A stretch of 64,000 bases of DNA, from positions 128,001 through 192,000 of the forward strand of contig CAXXVD010000005.1 in NCBI GenBank assembly GCA_963662335.2, in the 5' to 3' direction. This document shows, piece by piece, positions 21,794-31,377 of this stretch. Positions within the stretch are counted from its first letter, which is position 1; each line of letters starts with the position of its first letter. This stretch comes from Chloroflexota bacterium. GTDB lineage: Bacteria > Chloroflexota > UBA11872 > VXOZ01. Below the pieces are notes generated by a model. The model was not told where the DNA came from, searched no databases, and saw only the letters and a program-made list of their open reading frames with translations. The translations under genes were made by a program, and so were the position numbers.

Positions 21794-22546
21794 ATGGCGG
21801 GACATTCCAAGTGGGCGCAGATCAAGCGCCAGAAAGCGGCCAACGACGCCAAGCGCGGACAACTCTACACCAAGCTGGGCCGGGAAATCACCGTGGCCGC
21901 GCGGGACGGCGGCGGCGATCCGGAGACCAACTTTCGCTTGCGCCTGGCCGTGCAGCGCGCCAAGGACGCCAACATGCCGGCCGACACCATCGAGCGGGCG
22001 GTGAAGCGCGGCAGCGGTGAACTGGAAGACTCCGCCCGCTTGGAAGACATGGTCTACGAGGGCTACGGCCCCGGCGGCGCGGCTCTTTTCATCGAGGCGC
22101 TCACCGACAACCGCAACCGCACCGTGGCGGAACTCCGCAACACCCTCACTAGAGGCGGCGGCAATCTGGGCGAGTCCGGCAGCGTGGCGTGGATGTTCGA
22201 TACGCGCGGGCAAGTGCTCATCGAACTTAACGGCGGCGACGCGGACGAGGCGATGCTGGAGTCGATCGAGTTGGGCGCGGAAGACGTGCAGGAAGAAGAG
22301 GGCACGCTGGTCATCCTCACGCTGCTGGAGCAGCTTGAGGCCATGCGGCGCGGCATGGAAGAGCGCGGCTATGCCGTGGAGAGCGCCGAGCTTACGCGCG
22401 TTCCCAAGACCATGTCTGAGCCTGAAACCGCCAAAGCGGCGCAGGCGATGCGGCTGATCGAGAGCGTCGAAGACCTGGATGACGTGCAGAAGGTCTACAC
22501 GAACCTTGAACTCACCGACGAGGTGATGGCCGCTTACGCAGGGTAG
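21794..22546 (+). CDS. yebC: YebC/PmpR-family protein
   Basis: MAGHSKWAQIK, YEGYGPGG, TDNRNRT, DLDDVQKVYTN. Confidence 0.97.
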   Translation: MAGHSKWAQIKRQKAANDAKRGQLYTKLGREITVAARDGGGDPETNFRLRLAVQRAKDANMPADTIERAVKRGSGELEDSARLEDMVYEGYGPGGAALFIEALTDNRNRTVAELRNTLTRGGGNLGESGSVAWMFDTRGQVLIELNGGDADEAMLESIELGAEDVQEEEGTLVILTLLEQLEAMRRGMEERGYAVESAELTRVPKTMSEPETAKAAQAMRLIESVEDLDDVQKVYTNLELTDEVMAAYAG

Positions 22547-22555
22547 GCTGACCTT

Positions 22556-23047
22556 ATGCGCATCCTCGGCATCGACCCCGGCACCGCCCGCCTCGGCTAC
22601 GGCGTCATCGAAGATACGCCGGACCTCTCACTGGTGTCGTTCGGCTGCCTCACGACCCCCGCCAAACAAAGCCAGCCGACCCGCCTGCAAACACTCTACG
22701 AGCAGCTTGGCGACATCTTTCGCACGGAAGCGCCGGACGAGGTCGCCGTGGAGCGGCTCTTCTTCAACCAGAACATCACCACCGCGTTTGCCGTAGGCGA
22801 AGCGCGGGGCGTGGTGCTCTTGCGCGCGGCGCAGGCCGGCTGCCCGGTGAGCGACTACACGCCGCTGCAGATCAAGCAGGCGCTGGTGGGCTACGGGCGC
22901 GCCGACAAACGCCAGGTGCAGACGATGGTCGCCATGGCGCTGGCGCTCCCGCAAGCGCCCACGCCTGACGACGCCGCCGACGCGCTGGCCGTCGCCATCT
23001 GCCACGCCCACGCGCGCACCGCCCGCCAACTCCTGGCCCAGACATGA
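22556..23047 (+). CDS. ruvC: Holliday junction resolvase
   Basis: ILGIDPG, VERLFF, EARGV, GYGRADKRQV, DDAADALAVAICH. Confidence 0.97.
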   Translation: MRILGIDPGTARLGYGVIEDTPDLSLVSFGCLTTPAKQSQPTRLQTLYEQLGDIFRTEAPDEVAVERLFFNQNITTAFAVGEARGVVLLRAAQAGCPVSDYTPLQIKQALVGYGRADKRQVQTMVAMALALPQAPTPDDAADALAVAICHAHARTARQLLAQT

Positions 23048-23619
23048 TTGCCTTCATTCGCGGCGAACTTGCCAGCACCGACGCGGAGTCCGTCACGATT
23101 CGCGTGGGCGGAAGGGATGGCGGCATTGGCCTGCGCGCGCTCGTTCCCACCAACATCATCCAGGAGCTCGGCGCGGTTGGCGATAGCGTTACGCTGGTTA
23201 CGCGGCTACTGGTGCGCGACGACCGGCTGGAACTCTACGGCTTTGATACCGAACGCCAGGCGGCGCTCTTCGACCAGGTGCAGACCGTGGGCGGCGTCGG
23301 CTCGCGTCTGGCCCTCGCCATACTTTCGACCTTTACGCCGGACCAGTTTGCCGCGGCCCTCGAGAACGAAGACGTTGCGCAACTCACCCGCGTGAGCGGG
23401 CTGGGCAAACGGACGGCGAGCCGCATTCTGCTGGAACTCCGCGGCAAGTTGGCGCCGCCGCCCGATGCGGCCGCGGCCAGTGACGATGCGGCAGACGCGC
23501 TGGCGGCGCTGGGCTACTCCGCCGCCGAAGTCGCCCGCGCGCTGGCCCGCCCGGAGGTACAAGCCGCCGCGTCGGTGGAAGAGCGCGTGGCCGCCGCGCT
23601 GCGGCAGCTTGGCAGCTAA
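23044..23619 (+). CDS. ruvA: Holliday junction branch migration protein
   Basis: MIAFIRG, LYGF, VGGVG.RLAL.IL, VSGLGKRTA.RI.LEL, ALAALGY. Confidence 0.95.
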   Translation: MIAFIRGELASTDAESVTIRVGGRDGGIGLRALVPTNIIQELGAVGDSVTLVTRLLVRDDRLELYGFDTERQAALFDQVQTVGGVGSRLALAILSTFTPDQFAAALENEDVAQLTRVSGLGKRTASRILLELRGKLAPPPDAAAASDDAADALAALGYSAAEVARALARPEVQAAASVEERVAAALRQLGS

Positions 23620-23655
23620 GCAGATGTGTACATAGGTGAAATCTTGCAGTATCAG

Positions 23656-23711
23656 CCGTTCGCCCTGAGCCTGTCTAAGGGCAGTTCATGGTTTGAGAAA
23701 CTCGCCGCGAG
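23656..23711. repeat. REP-like element, family C (CCGTTCGCCCTGAGCCTGTCTAAGGG...), degenerate
   Basis: Similar to copies at 53852-53880, 62538-62580 and 63443-63561. Confidence 0.55.
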
Positions 23712-23753
23712 TGCCTTGCACGGATTTCAGACGTTCTTGGAAAGACAGACCGC

Positions 23754-24788
23754 ATGAGCGAGACCCGCATCGTGGCCCCGGAAGAAGGGCCGGAAGACGG
23801 CCAAGCCGCGCTCTCGCTGCGGCCCCGCTCCCTGGAGGAGTGCATCGGCCAGGACAAGGTGCGGGAGCACCTGCGCATCGCCATCACGGCGGCGCAACAG
23901 CGAGACGAGCCGCTGGACCACACCCTCTTCCACGGCCCGCCCGGACTGGGCAAGACCACCTTTGCCAACGTGCTCGCCACGGAGATGGGAGTCAACATCA
24001 AGGTCACGGCCGGCCCGGCCATCGAGCGCCCCGGCGACCTGGCCGCCATCCTCTCCAACATCCGCGCCCACGACATCCTCTTCATCGACGAGGTGCACCG
24101 CCTCCACCGCGCCGTAGAGGAAATTCTCTACCCGGCCATGGAAGACTTCGCCCTGGACATCGTCATGGGCAAGGGTCTGGCGGCGCGCAGCATTCGCCTC
24201 TCGCTGCCGCAATTTTCGCTGATTGGCGCCACCACGCGCCTCGCCCTCGTTAGTTCGCCCCTGCGGGACCGCTTTGGCGCGCACTTCCACATGGAGTACT
24301 ATGACCTGGAAGCGATGCGAAAGATCGTCGAACGCTCCGCGCGGATATTGGGCGTGCACGTCGACGAAGCGGGCATCCGGGAAATCGCGCAACGCTCGCG
24401 CGGCACGCCGCGCATCACCAATCGCCTGCTGCGCCGCATCCGCGATTGGGCCCAGGTGAAAGGCGACGGGCGCATCACCGCCGCCCTGGCCGGCGACTGC
24501 CTGGAAAGCCTGGAGATCGACGGCCTGGGACTGGACGCGGTGGACCGCACGATCCTCCGCACCATCGCCGAAAAGTTCGATGGCGGCCCAGTGGGCATCG
24601 ACACGCTGGCGGCAGCCATCGGCGACGAGGCGCAAACCATCGAAGACGTCTACGAGCCGTACATGATGCAACTCGGCTTCCTGGCCAAGACCCCGCGCGG
24701 GCGGGTTGTGCTCAACGCGGCGTACCAGCACCTGGGAATTGCCGGCCCGGAGGCGGCGGACGACGACCAGCCGCGCCTCTTCGAGTGA
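23754..24788 (+). CDS. ruvB: Holliday junction branch migration helicase
   Basis: [40 protein letters not shown]. Confidence 0.98.
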   Translation: MSETRIVAPEEGPEDGQAALSLRPRSLEECIGQDKVREHLRIAITAAQQRDEPLDHTLFHGPPGLGKTTFANVLATEMGVNIKVTAGPAIERPGDLAAILSNIRAHDILFIDEVHRLHRAVEEILYPAMEDFALDIVMGKGLAARSIRLSLPQFSLIGATTRLALVSSPLRDRFGAHFHMEYYDLEAMRKIVERSARILGVHVDEAGIREIAQRSRGTPRITNRLLRRIRDWAQVKGDGRITAALAGDCLESLEIDGLGLDAVDRTILRTIAEKFDGGPVGIDTLAAAIGDEAQTIEDVYEPYMMQLGFLAKTPRGRVVLNAAYQHLGIAGPEAADDDQPRLFE

Positions 24789-24817
24789 GCCTGAGCAGAC
24801 GCCGCAGGACAGAGTCA

Positions 24818-25450
24818 ATGAACCGCACGCCTGCTCTGCCCCAACGCACGGTGCGCGACTCGATGCGCTGGATCGGCTGGGACGTCCCGCTCCGGCTCGT
24901 TCCCTTTGCGGCCGTTGCCCTCGTGTGGGCCTACGCGCTGGCAGACGGCGCGGAGACGCTCAAACTCACGTGGCGCGTTACGGGTGTAGACCTTGCCCTT
25001 ATGCTCGGCGCGGGCATCCCCGTATTCGCCGCGTGCACGCTCTTTCGCGCGCGCTACTGGCCAATCCGCGACCTGGCCTCTCCCCGCGCGCACCTGGTGG
25101 AGGACGGCTACTTTCTGCTGTTCAACGCCCCGGCGGAGGAGGTTTTCTTTCGCGGCATGCTGCAATCGTGGGCCATGAGCCTCGGCTTCGTGCCGCCGGC
25201 GGTGGGGTTTGCGGTGGTCGCGCTCTTCTTTGGCTTCTACCACCGCTTGGCCGGGTTTCCGATGCCGTTTCTGCTCCTGGCAACCGGCGGCGGCATCCTG
25301 TTCGGCCTCCTCTTCTTGGTGTCGACCACCATCCTCACGCCGATCATCGTCCACTTCATCGCCGACCTCGCGCTCTTCAATCTTGGCCCCGCCTTGCTCG
25401 TGAGGCTCCGCAAACCCTCGCCCCACGCAGTGCGTGCCCCTTCCGTTTGA
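24818..25450 (+). CDS. CPBP/Abi-family intramembrane glutamic endopeptidase
   Basis: PAEEVFFRG, FGFYH, IVHFIAD; multi-TM. Confidence 0.85.
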   Translation: MNRTPALPQRTVRDSMRWIGWDVPLRLVPFAAVALVWAYALADGAETLKLTWRVTGVDLALMLGAGIPVFAACTLFRARYWPIRDLASPRAHLVEDGYFLLFNAPAEEVFFRGMLQSWAMSLGFVPPAVGFAVVALFFGFYHRLAGFPMPFLLLATGGGILFGLLFLVSTTILTPIIVHFIADLALFNLGPALLVRLRKPSPHAVRAPSV

Positions 25451-25476
25451 CAGTCTCTCGCGCCGCTCCGTAGACT
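25447..25476 (+). promoter_or_regulatory. Sigma70-type promoter for the Trm112-like gene
   Basis: TTGACA-N18-TAGACT. Confidence 0.55.
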
Positions 25477-25513
25477 AAGGGAAAGTCAAGTTGCGTCACG
25501 GAGTACAGCCTTC

Positions 25514-25765
25514 ATGCCCATAAGCGAACAGCTACTCGAAATCCTGCGCTGCCCGGCCACCAAAGCGGCGCTGCGGCCGCTAACTGACGAGGAAATCACG
25601 GCGCTCAATGCCCGCATCGAGAACGAAGCGGTGACGTATCAAGACGGCAGCGCGGTCGATTCGCCCTTGGCGGAGGGATTGATTACGGAAGACGGCGCTA
25701 CGGTCTACCGCATTGACGAGAACATTCCCGTGATGCTGATCGAGATGGGCATCCCTACGGCCTAA
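25514..25765 (+). CDS. Trm112/YcaR-like protein
   Basis: LLEILRCP.TK..L ... YRIDENIPVML. Confidence 0.8.
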   Translation: MPISEQLLEILRCPATKAALRPLTDEEITALNARIENEAVTYQDGSAVDSPLAEGLITEDGATVYRIDENIPVMLIEMGIPTA

Positions 25766-25891
25766 CCACCCCAGACCATAATTCCGTGTTCGCCCCTGGC
25801 CGGGAGATTGCGCCGCACCCAGGTTTGTGCGGCGGGAGTGGAAAGACGGCTTCTTGCCCCTTAATTCGGTAGACTCTAGCCTTGTCTATGG

Positions 25892-26989
25892 CTATTGCAG
25901 CTTCCCGCGTCCCAGAATCGGCCACACCACTTCCACGCGCCCGTCGCGGACCCCGTAGAAGTTGTCGTGCAGGAAGACCGTCGTATCGCCGTAGCCGACG
26001 ATGAACTGGATCTTGTCGCCGACGCGGGGCGTATCGGAACCCTCTGTGAGTAGAATCGTCCCGTGCTCGGCCGAACAGCCAAAGGATGCCACGTGCGGCA
26101 AGTCGCGGGGTTGGGGAGTGCTCGCGTCGGTGCTCATGGTCTTCTTGCCGGCGTCGCAGATGATGCGCGTGGGCGCGGGCCGGCTCGTGACCGTGGAGAG
26201 GATCGTCAGCGCGTAGTCGTGCTTGACCCCGAATTTTTCCCGGTAGGTGATGTCGCAGAAGATGCCGCCGCCGCCTTGAATCTCGGTGACGCCCGGCTGG
26301 AACGCCGTGTGCCAGTACGTGCCGCTGCCGCCGCAACTGACGATCTCCACCGGCAGGCCCGCCTCGCGGCAGCGTTCCGCGCTCTCCGTGAGTTGCCCAA
26401 TTGCTTTCCTGACCAGGCGCCCTTTTTCCGCGTCGTCTTGCGCGCGGAGCACGAGCGCTTCCCACGCCATCACGCCGGCGAACTCAAGGCTGGGAAAGGA
26501 AGCGACCAGCTTGGCCAGCGCCACCACCGGCTCGCCTGGCAGCACACCGGCCCGGTCGATGCCGACGTTGATTTCGACCACCAGGCGCTGGCGCACGCCC
26601 TTGCGTTCCGCCGCTGCCGCAATCTCGCGCACGTTGTCCGCGTTGTCCACGGCGGGAATCACGTCGGCGTGCTTGCGCAGGTTCACGAGCCGCTCGACCT
26701 TTTGCGGACCCACGATCTGGTTGGCAATCAGAATGCTGCGGATACCGCCCGCAACCATCACCTCGGCCTCGCCCAGCTTGGCGCACGTCACCCCAATCGC
26801 GCCGGCATCCTGAAGCAGATGGGCAATCGCGGGCGACTTGATGCCCTTGCTGTGCGGACGCCAGTTGATGCCGGCTTCCTGGATAATCACGCGCGCCATG
26901 TGCGCGACGTTGCGCTCCATGATGTCGAGATCCACCACCAGCGCCGGGGTGTCGATGTCCTCGAGGGGGCGGCCAATGATGTTCATCAT
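25892..26989 (-). CDS. DSD1-family PLP-dependent enzyme (D-serine dehydratase / D-threonine aldolase-like)
   Basis: DTPALVVDL, RPHSKGIKS, CAKLGEAE, RAGV, GGSGT, SAEHG; ATGA overlap with the upstream stop. Confidence 0.87.
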   Translation of the reverse strand: MMNIIGRPLEDIDTPALVVDLDIMERNVAHMARVIIQEAGINWRPHSKGIKSPAIAHLLQDAGAIGVTCAKLGEAEVMVAGGIRSILIANQIVGPQKVERLVNLRKHADVIPAVDNADNVREIAAAAERKGVRQRLVVEINVGIDRAGVLPGEPVVALAKLVASFPSLEFAGVMAWEALVLRAQDDAEKGRLVRKAIGQLTESAERCREAGLPVEIVSCGGSGTYWHTAFQPGVTEIQGGGGIFCDITYREKFGVKHDYALTILSTVTSRPAPTRIICDAGKKTMSTDASTPQPRDLPHVASFGCSAEHGTILLTEGSDTPRVGDKIQFIVGYGDTTVFLHDNFYGVRDGRVEVVWPILGRGKLQ

Positions 26990-27981
26990 GCGATCGTCTC
27001 CCATTTCTCGCTGCGGCTGGCCGTGAACGACGACTCGATGATGCGCGTGGTCTTGGCGCCGTCCTCGCCGGTGTAGAGCGGCGGTTCCCCCGCCAGCACA
27101 CGCGCGCTGAAGTCCGCCACCAGCGGCAGATGCCGGTTGTCGGCGTGGGGCAAATCAAACTCCTCGGCTCCGGCGGCGGTCTGTAAGCGTAGGTGCGGCC
27201 CGTCGGTCGGCGCACTGAACAACGCGCCCTCCGTACCGTAGATTTCAAACGTATCGTGGCCAACGCCGATGCTCCAGTGGAAGGAAGCGGTCACCTGCAC
27301 GCCGCTGGCCATCTTGATGAGCAGCACGTCGGAGTCATCCGCCGCGTACGAATGCACCAGCGTCTCGTTGCGGGCGGCCACGGCCGCGGGTTCGCCAAAC
27401 CAGTGGCAGAGCAGGTCCAGGCGGTGCGAACCGACGTCGGCAATTGGGCCGCCCGCGCTCTTGGCCGGATCAACGCGCCAGAACTTGGGGTCGTCCGGCG
27501 TAGGGTCGTAGTTGCCGGTCAAGACCATGCGCACCAGCACCGGCGCGCCGATGGCCCCCCGGTCGAGCAATTCCTTGATCTTGATGTTCTTGGGGTAGTA
27601 GCGGCGGTAGTAGGCGACCGCCAAATTGACGCCGGCCTTCTCGCACGCCGCGACCATCGCATCACACTCCGCGCCCGTGAGCGCCATGGGCTTCTCGCAG
27701 AGCACGTGCTTGCCGGCCGCGGCGGCGGCCTCAGTCTGCGGCAGATGTTCGTAGACGCGGCTGGCCGCGTACACAACGTCGATGTCGGGGTCCGCAAGGA
27801 AGGCCGCAAAGTCGCTGTACGCCCGCCGCGCGCCGTGCCGCCCGGCAAAGTCCTCAGCGCGCGACTGGCTGCTGCTCGCAAACGCGACCAGCGCGCTATT
27901 GGAATCTTCGTTGACGGCCGGCGCGACCGCCTTGTTCGCGATGTCGCCGCAGCCGACGATACCCCAGCCAACCGGTGCCAT
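26986..27981 (-). CDS. Gfo/Idh/MocA-family oxidoreductase
   Basis: WGIVGCGDIA, GKHVLCEKPMA, GGPIADVGSHRLD. Confidence 0.9.
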   Translation of the reverse strand: MAPVGWGIVGCGDIANKAVAPAVNEDSNSALVAFASSSQSRAEDFAGRHGARRAYSDFAAFLADPDIDVVYAASRVYEHLPQTEAAAAAGKHVLCEKPMALTGAECDAMVAACEKAGVNLAVAYYRRYYPKNIKIKELLDRGAIGAPVLVRMVLTGNYDPTPDDPKFWRVDPAKSAGGPIADVGSHRLDLLCHWFGEPAAVAARNETLVHSYAADDSDVLLIKMASGVQVTASFHWSIGVGHDTFEIYGTEGALFSAPTDGPHLRLQTAAGAEEFDLPHADNRHLPLVADFSARVLAGEPPLYTGEDGAKTTRIIESSFTASRSEKWETIA

Positions 27982-27984
27982 GCG

Positions 27985-28398
27985 CTATTCCTCCACGCGC
28001 TCTAACTCCGCGCTTGCCGCCGCTCCCGGCCCGCCGTGCGGGGCCGCAACCCAGCGGCCAACTCCATTTCGTATGGCGTGCATGAGTTCCTCGATCAGTT
28101 CTTCCTCTTCACCCGAGCGAATCGCCTCCGCCACACAGCCCTCGACGTGGCCGCGCAACACGATGAGCGAAACTTCCTGCAGTCCGGCCGTAATTGCCGC
28201 CGTCTGCTGGAGCACGTCCACGCAGTAGCGGTCTTCGGCCACCATGCGCTGGATGCCGCGCACCTGGCCCTCGATCCGCCGCAGCCGGTTGAGAAGCGCC
28301 TGCCGTTCGGCCTGATAGCGGTGGTGGCCCGGCGCGTCCGGCGACGTCGTGTCCGCAGCGCTTCCCTGCGCCAACGCAGAATCTTCTGCAATCTCCAT
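27985..28398 (-). CDS. CsoR/RcnR-family metal-sensitive repressor
   Basis: NRLRRIEGQVRGIQRM...YCVDVL.Q...HVEGCV (C-H-C ligands); ATG 28398 with GGAGAGG RBS. Confidence 0.88.
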   Translation of the reverse strand: MEIAEDSALAQGSAADTTSPDAPGHHRYQAERQALLNRLRRIEGQVRGIQRMVAEDRYCVDVLQQTAAITAGLQEVSLIVLRGHVEGCVAEAIRSGEEEELIEELMHAIRNGVGRWVAAPHGGPGAAASAELERVEE

Positions 28399-28648
28399 TG
28401 CGCCTCTCCACCACCAATGTGGCCGCCATGCCGCAGCGTCGTTGCTCATTGTACACCAATGCCGCGTAGCAGGCTTGCGGGTTTTGCCGCCGCCCATTGT
28501 TCCACTTTGAATTGCCAAGAGCGACCTGACTGCTTCTGCGGGAACGCATGTCTCAGGAACCGCTATAATGTGCCGAGAGTGAGTTGCCGGAACGCCAAGC
28601 GCGCGCCGGGACTCCCCGTCAAGAAATCAGCGTCACGCGGCACGAACT

Positions 28649-29032
28649 ATGCCTCGCTTCGCCGTCGGACATCGTTTTCCGGAGCAGACCGTACACCTTG
28701 CGCCCGCGCGGGTGCGGCAATATCTCGCGGCAGTTGCGGAGGAAAACCCGCTCTACCGCGCGGGCAATGCCGCGCCGCCGCTTGCCGTGGCCGCCTGGGC
28801 GCTTGCCGGCCTGATCGACGCCATTGGGTTGCCGCCCGGTTCCGTGCACGCCAGCCAGGAGTTCACGTTCATGGCTGCCGCGCCAGTTGGCAGCTCGCTT
28901 AACGCCGCGGCAGAGGTGGTGCAAGCCGGCACGCGGGGCGGCATGGACGTCATTGTGGTCGAGATTCGGGTCGCGCACGCGGAGCAGCCAGTGCTATCGG
29001 GACGCTCGATGCTAATGATGCCGGCCTCCTAA
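28649..29032 (+). CDS. MaoC-like hot-dog fold protein, probably non-catalytic (HadA/FAS1-N-like)
   Basis: YLAAV.EENPLY, APPLAV, VHASQEF.F..P..G; lacks the DxNPxH motif. Confidence 0.7.
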   Translation: MPRFAVGHRFPEQTVHLAPARVRQYLAAVAEENPLYRAGNAAPPLAVAAWALAGLIDAIGLPPGSVHASQEFTFMAAAPVGSSLNAAAEVVQAGTRGGMDVIVVEIRVAHAEQPVLSGRSMLMMPAS

Positions 29033-29058
29033 CCTAAGAGTACAAACGAGGAATCGGA

Positions 29059-29472
29059 ATGAGCGCAAGCGCGCGCTGGCGCCAAGGCGCGGAACTACCC
29101 GCCAAATCCCACACCATCACGCTGGAGACGCTGCGAAGCTATGCGGCGGCCAGCGGCGACCACAATCCCATTCACACCGATCCGGCGTTCGCCGCCACCA
29201 CGCCGTTCGAGCGGCCCATCGCCCACGGCATGTTGCTCCTCGCCTACGTCATGGAGATGCTGACAGCCGCGTTCGGCGCCGACTGGATTGCGTCGGGAAA
29301 ACTCAAGGCACGGTTCCGCAGTCCCGCTTACGTGGATAGCGACGTTAAGGTGTGGGGCACGGTGAAGCGCGTGGACGGTGAATCCGGCAGGATTCAGCTT
29401 GCGGTTGGCTGCCGGAATGAGGAAGGCGCCGAACTTGTCACAGGCAGCGCCGAGGTTACGCTCCAAGACTGA
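29059..29472 (+). CDS. MaoC-family (R)-hydratase/dehydratase
   Basis: YAAASGDHNPIHTD, IAHGMLL, RFRSPAY. Confidence 0.88.
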   Translation: MSASARWRQGAELPAKSHTITLETLRSYAAASGDHNPIHTDPAFAATTPFERPIAHGMLLLAYVMEMLTAAFGADWIASGKLKARFRSPAYVDSDVKVWGTVKRVDGESGRIQLAVGCRNEEGAELVTGSAEVTLQD

Positions 29473-29526
29473 GCAACGCAGCCCGCGCCGCTAAGCGCCT
29501 TGCCTGAGACGGTGTGTACGTTTCGC

Positions 29527-29596
29527 GCCAAGAGGCGGGGGACAAGCCCCCGCGCTACGGCTTGCGGCGAGTAAGGGGGACAAGCCCCGCGCTACG
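29527..29596. repeat. GTAG-tagged REP, family D, two tandem copies (minus orientation)
   Basis: GCCAAGAGGCGGGGGACAAGCCCCCGCGCTAC (29527-29558) is the exact reverse complement of 34945-34976; a second copy GGGGGACAAGCCCCGCGCTAC follows. Confidence 0.75.
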
Positions 29597-29699
29597 TCAA
29601 TGCGACACCATTGAGGGCAAACCCCGCGCTGCGGCAGTGGAGCGGGTCGAACGCACACGGAGCAAGCCAACGCCAATCGAGCCTCGGCGCTTGGGCGGT

Positions 29700-30728
29700 C
29701 TATTCAACCGCCACGGGACGCGAACGCGCCAGCCGCTCGGCGTAATTGCGCCGGTAGTAGTCCCGATAGCCGCCGGACTTGATTGCGCGCCACCAGTCCT
29801 CATTTGCCACGTACCACGCTACCGTTGCCGCCAGCGCCTCGGGAAACGCAAACCGGGGCTGCCAGCCAAGCGCCTCCAGGCGGGAAGAATCGAGGCTGTA
29901 GCGGTAGTCGTGGCCGGGCCGGTCCTCGATCAAGCGCAGCAATGAGCGGGGCTTGCCAAGTATGTCCAAGATGCTCCCCGCAAGCATCAACGCATTCACC
30001 TCAAACTCCACGCCAACGTTATACACCATGCCCGGCTCGCCAGCGCGCAGGACGAGGTCGATGCCGGCGCAGTGATCGGCGACGTGCATGTAGTTCCGCA
30101 CCGCCCGGCCTTCACCGTAGATCGGCAACGGCTCGTCGTCGATGGCGTTGGTCACGAAGACCGGCAGCGCCTTTTCCGGGTACTGGCGGGGGCCGATGGT
30201 GTTTGCGCCGCGGGTGACCATCACCGGCAGGCCAAAGCTGGTGAAGTAGGAGAGCGCCAGCAATTCGCCGCCGGCCTTGCTGGCCGCATAGGGATTGCGC
30301 GGCGCGAGACGCGCGTCCTCAGTGGCGGCGCCAACCGGCACGTGGCCGTACACTTCGTCCGTGCTCACGTGCACGAGCCGCCGCACGCCGTGGGCGCGGG
30401 CCGCCTCCATGAGCACGCGCACGCCCTCCACGTTGGTGCGCACGAACGCCGCCGGGTCCATCACCGCGCGGTCAACGTGCGTTTCGGCGGCAAAGTTCAC
30501 CAGCGCGTCGCAGCCCGCCAGCGCTTCCTCAACCGCTTCCGCGTCGCAAATGTCGGCATGCACGAACCGGAAGCGCGGGTCGCTTTCGAATTCCTCAAGA
30601 TTCGCCAGGTTGCCGGCGTACGTCAGCGTATCCAGCGCCACCACGTGCGCGTCCGCATAGCGCTCCAGCACGTAGCCCACGAAGTTGCTGCCGATGAAGC
30701 CGGCCGCGCCCGCCACCAATACTCTCAT
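29700..30728 (-). CDS. rfbB: dTDP-glucose 4,6-dehydratase
   Basis: VAGAAGFIGSNF, LTYAGNL.NL, AAETHVD, STDEVYG, PYAASK, DRPGHDYRY. Confidence 0.95.
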   Translation of the reverse strand: MRVLVAGAAGFIGSNFVGYVLERYADAHVVALDTLTYAGNLANLEEFESDPRFRFVHADICDAEAVEEALAGCDALVNFAAETHVDRAVMDPAAFVRTNVEGVRVLMEAARAHGVRRLVHVSTDEVYGHVPVGAATEDARLAPRNPYAASKAGGELLALSYFTSFGLPVMVTRGANTIGPRQYPEKALPVFVTNAIDDEPLPIYGEGRAVRNYMHVADHCAGIDLVLRAGEPGMVYNVGVEFEVNALMLAGSILDILGKPRSLLRLIEDRPGHDYRYSLDSSRLEALGWQPRFAFPEALAATVAWYVANEDWWRAIKSGGYRDYYRRNYAERLARSRPVAVE

Positions 30729-30785
30729 TTCGGTTTGCTTTCTCTTTCGCGTCTGGGAGCACGGCAACCGCCGCCGCCGCGCGCG

Positions 30786-31163
30786 CTACTCTCTTTCTTC
30801 ATCTTCCCGCACGATCTTGTTGACGGCAAAACTCACGACGCTAATGATGAGAGCGACGAGCATGGCCGACAGCAGCGTCGGCCGCCCGGACTCGGCCAGT
30901 TCAACCCCCGGCAGCAGCGCCGTGCCCAGCCAGAAGAGCAGGCCGTTCAAGACCAGTATCCAGAGGCCCAGCGTGAGTATGGTAACCGGAAACGAGATGA
31001 ACTTCAGCGCCGGGCCAATAACGCCATTGATGAGGGCCACGCCGACGGCAAACAAGATAAGCGTTAGCCAATCGCCGCTGTCCGCGAACTCAACCAGCGC
31101 CAGGCGGCCGGCAATCAGCACCGCCAGCAGCACCGCCAGGCTGCGCAAGAATAGAATACGCAT
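30786..31163 (-). CDS. YvlD/DUF360 ('phage holin 4-2' family) 4-TM membrane protein
   Basis: LINGVIGP.LK.ISFP..ILTLGL..LVLNGLL. Confidence 0.82.
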   Translation of the reverse strand: MRILFLRSLAVLLAVLIAGRLALVEFADSGDWLTLILFAVGVALINGVIGPALKFISFPVTILTLGLWILVLNGLLFWLGTALLPGVELAESGRPTLLSAMLVALIISVVSFAVNKIVREDEERE

Positions 31164-31324
31164 GAATGACTGCCTCCGGCAATGCGCCGCCGTTGCCTCT
31201 ATCTTTCTCCAATTATACGGCGGCGGCGGGCAGGGCACGAGTCCCGCGCACGCAAGACCCAGCATGCAAGGCCCGCACGCCCGTCATACTATAGCGCTCT
31301 CTACTGTCAGCACCGTCAAGAGTC

Positions 31325-31333
31325 TGCTATACT
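31325..31333 (+). promoter_or_regulatory. Extended -10 (TGcTATACT), back to back with a minus-strand TATAGT
   Basis: Lies between the divergent YvlD-like gene and the 31378 gene. Confidence 0.45.
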
Positions 31334-31377
31334 GGCCGTAGAGAGGAAAGACGAGGGGCCGCGCGCCGGGAGCGCAG

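Noticed and set aside
30786-31163. 'Phage holin' family gene as evidence of a prophage
   Set aside because: YvlD/DUF360 proteins are common chromosomal membrane proteins; no endolysin, integrase or virion genes are nearby.
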